Assembly (NCBI GenBank): GCA_034780895.1
Contig: JAUZTB010000072.1
Location: forward strand, 14,554,373 to 14,618,372
Source of the DNA: Rhynchobatus australiae
Taxonomy: Eukaryota
Reading direction: 5' to 3'
DNA length: 64,000 bases
Position numbers and translations under genes: made by a program. Positions 50,756 through 61,870 of this stretch are shown piece after piece (within the stretch, counting starts at the first letter, position 1; each line of letters begins with the position of its first letter). Below the pieces are notes generated by a model. It was not told where the DNA came from and did no database searches. It worked only from the letters and a program-made list of their open reading frames with translations.

Positions 50756-51009
50756 AAATGTGAGAAATACGTCTCTGGTTGCTTCCTACTTCCTATCAGT
50801 GGGTTTCACCTCCAACAAAACCCGGTCCAGTTCTTCAGGCTCTCTGACCTTCCCATAATCAGGCAGGAGGTGGTACTATTGGTACTAACTGTCCACTTTG
50901 GCACTTTGGTTCACGCAGAGAACGCTCACATTGTCCCTGGGCATGGATAAACTTGCTTTGCCCCCCATTATCTGCACCTTCCTCTGTACCAAAGTGAACT
51001 GCCATGTCT

Positions 51010-51330
51010 CGCTGGCCAGCACTGCGCTCTCGGAGGGAAGGTTGCAGGTGCAAGTCCCACTTCAGAGTGGAGAAATCGACATAATACATTACTGCAACAA
51101 GGAGGGAGCTGCCATCTTTTGCTTGAAGCTTAAATCACATCTCGTTCCTCCAGGCGCAGGTAAGAAGTCCGTGGCGTTATTTCGAAAAAAAGAATATCCT
51201 TGGTTTCTCGAACACCTTTACCAAAATTCCATTATTTCCTATTATCGTATTGCGCTTGGGAGTAAATTTCCCCCTGCGCTGTGTAGGACAGGGCTTTCTT
51301 CACTCTGTAAAGGGCTTCAGGACGTGCTGA
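51010..51330 (+). mobile_element. Deu/SacSINE-like SINE, decayed
   Basis: gaaggttgcaggtgcaagtcccacttcagag...ggagggagctgccatcttt. Related copies at about 37300-37620 and 62500-62800. Confidence 0.55.
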
Positions 51331-51734
51331 TTATTAGTTGTAACCTCCCCTTTGCACCGAGTTCCTCGTTACTGTAACCGCTATAGCTTCGCTCACCGCC
51401 CCGCCCATCCACCCCTCAGCACATCGAATACGGTACTGCGTAATCATAATGGAAGAGTAATCTTGCCAATGCTTAGATAATCAGAAGTAGTACTTCCTAG
51501 AACTAACTCATCCGAACGTGATCCATACTCGAACTGCAATTATTTTAATATAAACTATTTCATAGTTGCAGCTTTAAAAAAACACGTTTCAGGATATAGG
51601 ATCTTACTTTAAGATTTACAGGTTTAGGGTTCTGCCCATATTTACCGCGCATTTTGCTGTTTCCGCCTGAGTGCCAACCTGTTTTGGAATACTTGTTGCT
51701 GACAGCAAGTTGGTGCAGTGCAGGAGCCTGAGAA

Positions 51735-52100
51735 GTGAGTTTAGAGGTGCATAAAATCACGAGGGGTACAGATAGGGTAAATGTACTCAGTCTCTTTCCC
51801 AGGGTTGGGGAGTCGAGAACTAGAGGGCGCAGGTTTAAAGTGAGAGGGGAAAGGTTTAATAGGAACTTGAGGGGCAACTTTTTTACACAATGGATGGCAT
51901 CTGTGTGGCATGAGCTGAGAGAGGAGGTGGTTGAGGCAGGTACAATAACAACTTGCAAAAGACAGTTGGACAGGTAATGGATCGGAGAAGTTTAGATGGT
52001 TATGGGCTAAATCCTGGCAAGTGGGACCAGCTTGGATAGGGCATCTTGGTCAGCATGGACCAGCTGGGCCGAAGGGCCTGCTTCCTCTATGGCTCTACGA
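51735..52100 (+). mobile_element. HER1/CR1-type LINE 3' end
   Basis: EVHKITRGTDRVNVLSLFPRVGESRTRGRRFKVRGERFNRNLRGNFFTQ...VVEAGTITTCKRQLDR plus tail gggccgaagggcctg. Confidence 0.9.
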
Positions 52101-53345
52101 GTAACATGTTTTGGGATGAGTGGGAGAGGTGGCTATGCTGAATAAAGTCTAAATCTCTATCTAACTGCGCCGGTGTGGACCGTGGTCGAACCTCCGCTGC
52201 TGCAGCAGTGTTACTATTCTGTTGTACTGTAGTTAACAATGAATCTGGTCTTCGCTACTGGTCCTTTTGTTGGTTGAAAACTTGAAGTGTTCCCAGCATT
52301 GTATCACTCCGACTGCTTGCGTTATTTTCCCTCGATCCACTCGAGTCCATAGGCGCCAATACGGTACCAGTTTTATATTCACTGAAGGCTACGGCACAGT
52401 TCAGCCACAAATGCCTAAACCTGGGTAGTGGTCAGCAACTGAACGCGGTGAGGTGTGTGCAGACTACACTCAGCTGACAAGATTTGAAGTCATAATCCCG
52501 GTGAAATAAAATGTGTTTCGTGAAAGAACGAGAATGTATAAATGACTTTATCATCTGTCTCAGATGTCCAGACATGAAGGCCTGGTTCTGTACTCTAAGC
52601 CCCGACTTCACTTGAAAATGGGGGTGGGCTGTTATTTTGTGGATGAAAACGTCTTAACACAGCAACAATGGGCAAACACACGGCGCTGTTACTATTCCAT
52701 TAACAGAAGCCTCCGTGCATCATCCTCTGTCACCTACACTTCCTTTGTGTTTTGCACCTTATTATGGGGTTAGTTCGTCCTCATTCCATCATTTCTCTCA
52801 CTAATTCCCTTGATAAGTCCCGGCTCCCTCTCGCTCACTCTTTGGAGACCCANNNNNNNNNNNNNNNNNNNNNNNNNNNNNNNNNNNNNNNNNNNNNNNN
52901 NNNNNNNNNNNNNNNNNNNNNNNNNNNNNNNNNNNNNNNNNNNNNNNNNNNNNNNNNNNNNNNNNNNNNNNNNNNNNNNNNNNNNNNNNNNNNNNNNNNN
53001 NNNNNNNNNNNNNNNNNNNNNNNNNNNNNNNNNNNNNNNNNNNNNNNNNNNNNNNNNNNNNNNNNNNNNNNNNNNNNNNNNNNNNNNNNNNNNNNNNNNN
53101 NNNNNNNNNNNNNNNNNNNNNNNNNNNNNNNNNNNNNNNNNNNNNNNNNNNNNNNNNNNNNNNNNNNNNATCTTGACTGTTCCTCTCCTGGATTCTAAAT
53201 GTCTTTGTCGGCCAAACCTTCAGCCCGTCTTGACTGATAGTAAAAACCTCTCAAGTTTTCCCTCCACCTGCAAACCATATCCAGGACAAAGCCTTTGTTC
53301 TGCCATCCTACATTCTCCCTTAGCTCACTCCCCCACCGCCTCCCC

Positions 53346-53346
<1 letters not shown>

Positions 53347-53384
<38 letters not shown>
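53347..53384. repeat. (AC)n microsatellite
   Basis: About 19 perfect AC units. Confidence 0.95.
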
Positions 53385-53386
<2 letters not shown>

Positions 53387-53419
53387 ATTACACTCCCCTC
53401 TTTTGTAAGTACGGCAGGG

Positions 53420-53575
53420 ACTTACAGAGCCATAGTGTAACTCGGCACGGAAACAGGCCCTTCGGCCCAGCCGACCAGGATACCCACCTGAGCTAGTCCC
53501 ATTTGCCCGCGGTTGGCCCATCTCCCTCTGAACCTGTCTAAGTGTCCTTGAAATTTCCTTAAATCATTGCAACTG
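53420..53575 (-). mobile_element. HER1/CR1 3' tail
   Basis: gcacggaaacaggcccttcggcccagc is the antisense of the tail at 52060-52100. Confidence 0.8.
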
Positions 53576-54727
53576 CACGACTGCACATAGTTATTGGTAA
53601 CTGAGGCGGTGGCGTGTTTTGAACGAGGGAGCAACGCTCCTCAGTCTGCTGGAGAACTTACTCTTGAAGTGCTTCCTTTACCCTGACCGACTCCTGAATT
53701 TGTTATTTGAAAAAATAGAAATTTCACAATCCAAATGGTGGTGCTGGAACATGGTCAACAATGCAGTTGTTTTTGTGTGGGAAAGCAAGGTAACCACATT
53801 AGACGTTAAACAGCAATTCCTCCCCTAAGATCAACTTGAGAAATGTGAAAGCCGTGAACTTTCTGGGTGACATGGAGATGGGGGCTGCATTAAGGCGGTT
53901 AGTGGGGATTAGGCCGGGAGTTGATATCAAAGCAGCCGTCTCTGGCGCACATTCCAANNNNNNNNNNNNNNNNNNNNNNNNNNNNNNNNNNNNNNNNNNN
54001 NNNNNNNNNNNNNNNNNNNNNNNNNNNNNNNNNNNNNNNNNNNNNNNNNNNNNNNNNNNNNNNNNNNNNNNNNNNNNNNNNNNNNNNNNNNNNNNNNNNN
54101 NNNNNNNNNNNNNNNNNNNNNNNNNNNNNNNNNNNNNNNNNNNNNNNNNNNNNNNNNNNNNNNNNNNNNNNNNNNNNNNNNNNNNNNNNNNNNNNNNNNN
54201 NNNNNNNNNNNNNNNNNNNNNNNNNNNNNNNNNNNNNNNNNNNNNNNNNNNNNNNNNNNNNNNNNNNNNNNNNNNNNNNNNNNNNNNNNNNNNNNNNNNN
54301 NNNNNNNNNNNNNNNNNNNNNNNNNNNNNNNNNNNNNNNNNNNNNNNNNNNNNNNNNNNNNNNNNNNNNNNNNNNNNNNNNNNNNNNNNNNNNNNNNNNN
54401 NNNNNNNNNNNNNNNNNNNNNNNNNNNNNNNNNNNNNNNNNNNNNNNNNNNNNNNNNNNNNNNNNNNNNNNNNNNNNNNNNNNNNNNNNNNNNNNNNNNN
54501 NNNNNNNNNNNNNNNNNNNNNNNNNNNNNNNNNNNNNNNNNNNNNNNNNNNNNNNNNNNNNNNNNNNNNNNNNNNNNNNNNNNNNNNNNNNNNNNNNNNN
54601 NNNNNNNNNNNNNNNNNNNNNNNNNNNNNNNNNNNNNNNNNNNNNNNNNNNNNNNNNNNNNNNNNNNNNNNNNNNNNNNNNNNNNNNNNNNNNNNNNNNN
54701 NNNNNNNNNNNNNNNNNNNNNNNNNNN

Positions 54728-57700
54728 ACAATTGGCGCTTACTCCGTAGGTTTATTTGCAAAGAAACGAGCGGCTGAAATGGTTGAGCTTGATTTTAATG
54801 CCAATCTCCACCGACGTTGAAGGCAGAGCAATTTCTTCCTGTAAAAGTTGATGGGCGCGGAGAATCACCAGTACTGGAAGGTATGGGGACCACGATAATT
54901 ACGCACAGTGTTGATTTGCCGATACATGTTTGCGAGTGTTATAGATTCCCGTCAGTTATTGCAGATACTTAGGATATTTTAAAATTTCGCTTGCCGGATG
55001 TTAAACGGATGGGGGGGTCACTATTTCTTGTTGAACCCCCCCCCCCCCAGGGAAGTCAATGAGCGAATTCTACGGCGTTACCTCCACCGGACAATTGGCA
55101 GGGCGCTCTCGGTAGAACCGAAACGCCGAGCGGGGGTCCGGGTTCTGGAGTGCCGAACTAACTCGGACGCTGATAGGAATGCTCTATCCCGTCCTCGGAC
55201 CTTGGATCTAGCGCGGGGGGGGGGGGGGGGTTATTCTCCTGCCNNNNNNNNNNNNNNNNNNNNNNNNNNNNNNNNNNNNNNNNNNNNNNNNNNNNNNNNN
55301 NNNNNNNNNNNNNNNNNNNNNNNNNNNNNNNNNNNNNNNNNNNNNNNNNNNNNNNNNNNNNNNNNNNNNNNNNNNNNNNNNNNNNNNNNNNNNNNNNNNN
55401 NNNNNNNNNNNTTTCCCTCAAAGTCAACAAAATAAAAGTCGCATTTGAATTCCGTTTGCACCGAAGTCACGGTAAGTGGAAGAAATTTAGTCAATTTACA
55501 ACTGTTTCAATTAAGGACTCTAGAATTTGTAGATTCGTTGCTCTGGGAAATTTAAGTTGAATCTTTGTTAATTACCTTAAGGTTTTATGTTGGTAACTGG
55601 AGTAATTCTGACCCGTGGAATTCATCCCATTGTGTAGTGAGCGATGTCCTTGAGAAGCAATAGAGGCGAAATGATCTTCCGGAGGCGAAATAGAAGGGGA
55701 AGGAATATCTGGCACTTGGCTTCGGGTTTCTAGGGTGAAGGGTCGCTCTGTCCGTCGCTGTATGTCAGGGTCCCACATCTCCTCTGTCCGGTCATCGTGG
55801 ATAGGGGCCGACTGCACTAAGCAGAAGTGGATTCAACATGCTGTGACGCGAGTGCTGGTATGAGCTGGAAACCGCCACCCTGGTGCATTCCAGGACACTT
55901 GAGGTTGGTTTTGAAGCGACACAGCGGGGCAAAAGACAGGCACGTTTGCCCCGCGTCTAATGCACGATGTACCACAGCTATGAATGTTGGATGGGCAGCG
56001 CAGAGGGAGTGTTACGATGCGTCGAACCCACGCTGCACCCACTCTGATGGGGCAGTGCCGAGGAAGCTTCACTCTAAACCTAATCAGGGAGTGCCTGTTG
56101 CGGGCACAGTACCAAAACGTTGCGTCCGTCAGCATTGTTGGATAAAGCAGTCTAACTTTAAAACACCGCTAACATTAGAGGGTTCCGTTCCAGTTACAGT
56201 ATTATTGCTGTAACCTCTCCCGTCGCCTCCACACCTCCCCCTTTGCTCGGCCGTTCCGAGGCGCCCCCGGCCGGGAACCTCTCGGGACCGCGTTCTGACT
56301 TTCTTGTTTTCTTTCTCCTCTTGATCTCCCTGGTTGGCGGTGGTCCGTCACTGGGAATCCCCCGGGTGTGGACAGTCGGTGCCTTGTTGTTCAGTCCGTG
56401 ACCCGCCGACTTCACTTTGTCGCCCCGCCGATTTAGTCGAGGGCCGGTTATAAAGCGCTCAGCTGGTTGGTCTCGGGTCCTGCCGAGAGTCAGACCAGTC
56501 AACGAGGTCGTTAACCTGCACTCGGGCGGGGTCTGGGAGCTTGGTCAGATACAGGTGTGCCACCTAATTTACCGACTTCCCGAGAGCCCAGGACAGGGCT
56601 GTGGATATCCGCCCGCCCTGGGCAACATCTGCACCCCCCAACCCCCCGGGACAAAGAATTGGTAATCGGGAGGAGGGGGGGTAGCTGATATCCTCGGGGG
56701 GTGCTCAGAACGTTCCCTCTCCTCCGCCTCCACCTCCCCCACCACCCATCGCCGCCGCCGCATCCCTCACCGATCCCCAGTTTTGTCCTGTGACGTTGAG
56801 ATTCCTCATTCACTGAAAACCGTCTCATCCTGCCCGAGAGAGAGGGAGAGGGGGAGAAAGAGAGCGAGAGACGGAGAGAGGGGAGGGGAGGGAGAGAGAG
56901 ATAGAGGGGAGAACGAGAGAGGGAGGGAGGGAGAGGGAGAGAGATTTGCTTTGGTTAATCCCAGGAGAACCCAACACCGGACACAGTTTTGTTAATTAGA
57001 AGGTTAACAAATCATGAGAAAAAAGTCATGTTGAAACCAATTTCTGTCCCCCCTCCCCGGCTCCAGGATTCCCCTCAGTGCTGGTTCACAGCTGGGACAC
57101 CCTTCCCCGGGCACTGGTTTCTCTGTGGGACCCTCCCGGGGCTCGATTCCCCTTACGGCAACACCTCTTCCCCGGGGNNNNNNNNNNNNNNNNNNNNNNN
57201 NNNNNNNNNNNNNNNNNNNNNNNNNNNNNNNNNNNNNNNNNNNNNNNNNNNNNNNNNNNNNNNNNNNNNNNNNNNNNNNNNNNNNNNNNNNNNNNNNNNN
57301 NNNNNNNNNNNNNNNNNNNNNNNNNNNNNNNNNNNNNNNNNNNNNNNNNNNNNNNNNNNNNNNNNNNNNNNNNNNNNNNNNNNNNNNNNNNNNNNNNNNN
57401 NNNNNNNNNNNNNNNNNNNNNNNNNNNNNNNNNNNNNNNNNNNNNNNNNNNNNNNNNNNNNNNNNNNNNNNNNNNNNNNNNNNNNNNNNNNNNNNNNNNN
57501 NNNNNNNNNNNNNNNNNNNNNNNNNNNNNNNNNNNNNNNNNNNNNNNNNNNNNNNNNNNNNNNNNNNNNNNNNNNNNNNNNNNNNNNNNNNNNNNNNNNN
57601 NNNNNNNNNNNNNNNNNNGGGAGAGGGGATGCGGTGGGGAGGAGTGGGGAGGGTGTTAATGTCCCCGGGGAAAGGGTTAGAAAGTAGGAACCATCCCGCC

Positions 57701-58100
57701 TCCAGTGTCCTCCTGTTCCCCCTCTGGGGGAGTGGGTCGGGGTGGGGGTGTGGGGCTGACTCTCGGCACTCTCGGGAGATCTAACCCACTCCAGAGCCGA
57801 GGTTAAACGTCGGGAGCCCCTTATATTGAAATAACGGAGGGTTCAACTTCGGAACAAATTTCAGGCGTCATCGATTCATCTTGGAAATACGTTCAGTGTG
57901 TAAGCTGCGCCTTTTCTCCCCCGCTCTGACTCTCCGGCCGGTGTGAAACCCACCCCTCGGCCCAACACCGTCGGGACTCCTCTGTGTTTATCCGTTTCCC
58001 GGGGGCAGCTTCGACTTCGATGTGAAGGTTTCATGACCAGCCGCCAAACTTCCATCTTGTTTTAGATCCCATGCAAATTGTGTAGTTTGTTTTACGTCGG
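54728..58100 (+). promoter_or_regulatory. CpG-rich promoter region, probably the 5' non-coding end of NBL1
   Basis: High CpG density, several CCAAT/ATTGG boxes, and a candidate donor CACG|gtaagt at 55471/55472. Gene identity comes from synteny only. Confidence 0.45.
56835..56944. repeat. GA-rich polypurine simple repeat
   Basis: gagagagagggagagggg... about 110 bp, almost all purines. Confidence 0.9.
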
Positions 58101-58139
58101 TGGGAGTTGGAGAGGTTGCTTGATTGAAAAATATTCAGC

Positions 58140-58475
58140 CCCGGGAGATGTTGACAGGATGGATGTGGGGAGGATGTTTCCTCCCGTGGGACGATCTACA
58201 ACCAAGGGTCACTGTTCATGAGGAAGGGGTCGTCCATTTAAATCAGGGGTGAAGCGATTTTCTTTTCCTGAGTTGGTGGAACTCTCTTCCTTAAAGTGTG
58301 CTGGGAGCAGAGTTGTTGAACATTGTTAAGGAAGAGGTATGTATATACTTGACACCGGGGTGAAAGGTAACCGGGAATAGACGGGAACGTAGCGTTGAGG
58401 TTACAACCGGATCGGAGGTTGAACAGTAGAACGAACTCGAGGGCCCGAGTGGCCTACTCCCGCTCCCGACTTAGA
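58140..58475 (+). mobile_element. CR1-type LINE 3' end, CpG-retaining
   Basis: gacaggatggatgtggggaggatgtttcc...ctcgagggcccgagtggcctactcccgctcc tail. Confidence 0.75.
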
Positions 58476-60399
58476 TGGACATATTGCGTTAAGATTCATT
58501 TTGTAAGGGGTCTGTATACAAAAGATTGTCGAACTTTAATGTCGTAGCACCAGACCTCGGAGTGGGTTTGGGTTTTGGACCATCCAAGTTTCAAACTTTC
58601 ATCGTAATGTTTGGAGTCTGTTTAAAACAACGACTTCAGAAAGGTTTAAAAGGCTTGGTCGTCGGACGCGACCGGTGGCCGGGAGATCGCTCGTTTGCGG
58701 GGCTGGGTTAGAGAGCGATCAAAGAGCAGAAACAACACAGGCTGACATAGGACCAGGAAATGCTGGAAACCCGCAGCAGGTCAGGCAGCGTCCGTGGAGA
58801 AGGGGAACACAGGGAACATTTCAGGTCCTTTATTAAATATTTCCAGCAGTTTCTGTTTTTATCCCACACTATCTGCAGGAGGTTTGTGTAGAGTGCGGGG
58901 CGATGTATGATTTGTATTTTTTAAAAAAACCTGATCTCTTCTAATGACCATGTTCTGGGGAGGTCATTGCCGTGGGCAGCGCAGGACCGTCTCACAAATC
59001 AGGACTGTGTTCTGTTTTAATCGTGTTCAATGGTTTTATTGGCGGCGAATTCCTGAAAATAGACTGGCATATCTTTACCCCGGGGTTAAATTGGATCTAC
59101 GATGTCCGATTCGCCTTTTTTGTAACAAAAGTCAACACAAGCTTTAAATAAAACGGACCCAAATGGAGGACGTTCCTTGTAATAATTGTGTCGAACTGTT
59201 TTTGAGTTTTTTATATGTTAGAGATAACTCTATAACCCCGGGCGTCAGAATTTGCCAGAATCATGTTCTTTTAACTAAACTCTTTTGAAAACCGCTAGCA
59301 ACGAAAGAAACACCCCAACTGGGTTAACGCACTTGAACAGTTTCGGGTCCTTGCTGGTTCGATCCCTGGTTAAGAAACTTCCTGCTACTTAAGTTGATTT
59401 TACGCTGCATTTTGTTTTTTGTAAAGATTCTCAGTACAATTGCTTTCAAAAACATCGTACGTATACCTTTATTTTTACTTTTAAAAGAAAACAACAACGT
59501 CACAAGTAGCGGAATGGATTCAGTTTTTTTTTTGATGCTTAGCATTTAAATTGGATTTATCGGGGCCTGAGTGGGAGATGAAGTTTTTTCCGCGGAGGAT
59601 GCATTCTATGTTGTTTAAAAGCGCTCCCGGCTCCCTCTGCTGGTCTCTGATTTCGTTGCCTGCCTGTTGATTCATGTTAAACTGTTTTACTGCACAGCAT
59701 CTCTTATACAAACGAAGATAACTGGTGTGTGTAACTTAGTCGCGTCGGGAAAAGATGATCTTACTGTGGATGTAGAAAACTGTCCAATAACCATATGAGG
59801 TCGTGCCACAATCTTGCAACATCACGGAACCACTGCGACCTTAAACATGGAACTTTCTGCAACTACAGTGCGTTAGGGCGGCCTTTCTGGAGTGTAGGCT
59901 CCTTGTTACAAATTTTAGGGAAGCGATTAAGCTCTCGGCGACATTTCACAATGGATAGCCGGGACTGGAGGACTTACCCCCTTCCCGACCCGCGAAGGGG
60001 CGACCCCATACTCCTCCAAGAGAGGAAGAGAAATGAATCAAAATGTTTGAGTTGGGAAAACTGCCTGTCAGACCAGAACTGTTGTTGGAATTGGGAAAAC
60101 AAAACAATGGAAAATAGTCCAGGAGGGAACTCGTCTTGTTCTATATCTTCTGCCAAACATTTGGACTTTGCGGCCCTTGTTAGTACGAATTGCTGACCTG
60201 GTCTTTCACTGAGAACCTTCAGCCGCAATTTCTCTGCAGAACCTCGCCCCTCGTTGGTCAGTGCCGGTCAAAATCGCACTTCTGTCAGAAATCATGAAAA
60301 AGTCCATTTTTCAAGGTTAACCAGGGTCTCTGAGACACAGGGAGGTTTGAGGGAGATATTCCAGATTGTCCCCACTCACTGTCCTAGGACTCTTCACCA

Positions 60400-60715
60400 G
60401 GAGGCTGCATGGTAGACAACGCTGTCACAGGGAAGAGATCACCAGGCGGGGAGAGGAAACCATTCAAGGGTGTGCTCGAAGTAGAGAAGGAGCGTTGGGG
60501 ATATTACTGAGACCCCTGGGTCCACATATCGTGAGCATACAGAAGCCCTGCTTAATGGCAGGAGGAGGGCAGCTGCTCACAAGCCACCCACCTGTCCAGC
60601 AGTGGAAGTGTCTGCAGTTCCCACCTTGGCCTCATCAGCTACCTCGGAGCTTACACAACTGGAAGCAAGTCGCACTTGATCCCAAGGAGTTGCCTAAGAA
60701 GGTGAAGAAAAAGAT
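60400..60715 (+). mobile_element. RTE/BovB-like LINE 3' end
   Basis: gtctgcagttcccaccttggcctcatcagctacctc (VCSSHLGLISYL, zinc-knuckle remnant) and tail ggaagcaagtc...gcctaagaagg. Confidence 0.68.
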
Positions 60716-61659
60716 GTGGCAGAGTGGAAAATGTATTTACTGTAATGTAGGAGGCCCCTGACTGTTTGGGATAGTCTGGTGGAACTCCAGGTCTTTTCAT
60801 ATCCCTCGATGTTCAGATGCTCAGAAGAGATCATTGGTGATCTAGACCAAAACAGACCCATTGGGAGATCCAGGTGAAGGGATAGGGCACAACCACATTT
60901 GAAATGAGTAGGAGGAGAGAGGACTGTCAGTCAGGAAGCAATGTTTCAGTGCTGACAAACTCAACAAAAGTGGTCACTCAAACGGAACGTAGAACATTAC
61001 AAATTTGAAGAGTTATTGGTGCTTTGTGTGTGTAGCGTTGATACTATGGGTTTGTTACTGAGCAGACAGAATAAGGAACTCTGGTAGGTACGGATGGAAA
61101 AGCAGGAGGGGAAGAGAGAAAATGAAAGCAGAACAAAATTTACTGGAACTAGATATACAGTATACTGAGTGTGTCTAAAACGCACGGACTGTACACACTG
61201 CTGTCCAACACAACATCAGGCATTGATCTGCATTTGGACTCTGCCTCACACTTCCAGCTGTAAATGATGAGGAGGTACAGGAGGACAAGTCTGAGTTGAG
61301 TTTGTTAAAATATGGCCAGGATTAGTTGCTTCACTCACAATCAAAGTCAGGCTGAATTGGATTCTTTTTACATAAAGAGCTGTTGTATTCTAAGCTTGTT
61401 CACAGAAACACTGACAGATTTTTGCCCCTGGCTCTGTACTGAGAGACGGGGATTACTGAGAGCAGAGGGAATGTGGTTTGCTCTGTCGCTCTGCTCGGAG
61501 AGATTGGGTAACAGAGAAACATCGGCGTAGATTTTCTACCTCTCTCCCAGTGAGCTGGCAATGATGTTTGGGGAGTGAGGTCTGCAGAAGGTGGGTGGCA
61601 AATGTTGGACGGGTTGTTGGAAAAGATGCAACTTGTCCTTTCAGTTTCTGCCTGAGATG

Positions 61660-61870
61660 ATCCTCATGTGGCAACAAAGGTGCTGGCTTCACAGCTGCCT
61701 TGTCCCTGCTCTGTGGAACTCCCTCCCTGTTCTCCTTTCTTTACATTTGAGGACTTCATTACGGAAACCTAGCAACTGAATACTTTGGTTGAACCAGTTC
61801 TCCACTCTCCTCTCTGAAACACCTTGAGATGTTCCCTGTGTTAAAGGAGCTATATAAATATGATTATGGC
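61660..61870 (+). mobile_element. L2-like 3' tail
   Basis: ctctgtggaactccctccct...accttgagatgttccctgtgttaaaggagctatataaat. Similar copy at about 31000-31330. Confidence 0.6.

Noticed and set aside
50898-51377. 159-aa ORF
   Set aside because: Overlaps a SINE, uses a non-ATG start and shows no domain similarity.
55572-57000. Several 65-128 aa ORFs as a possible NBL1 CDS
   Set aside because: No signal peptide or DAN cystine-knot pattern; chance ORFs in GC-rich DNA.
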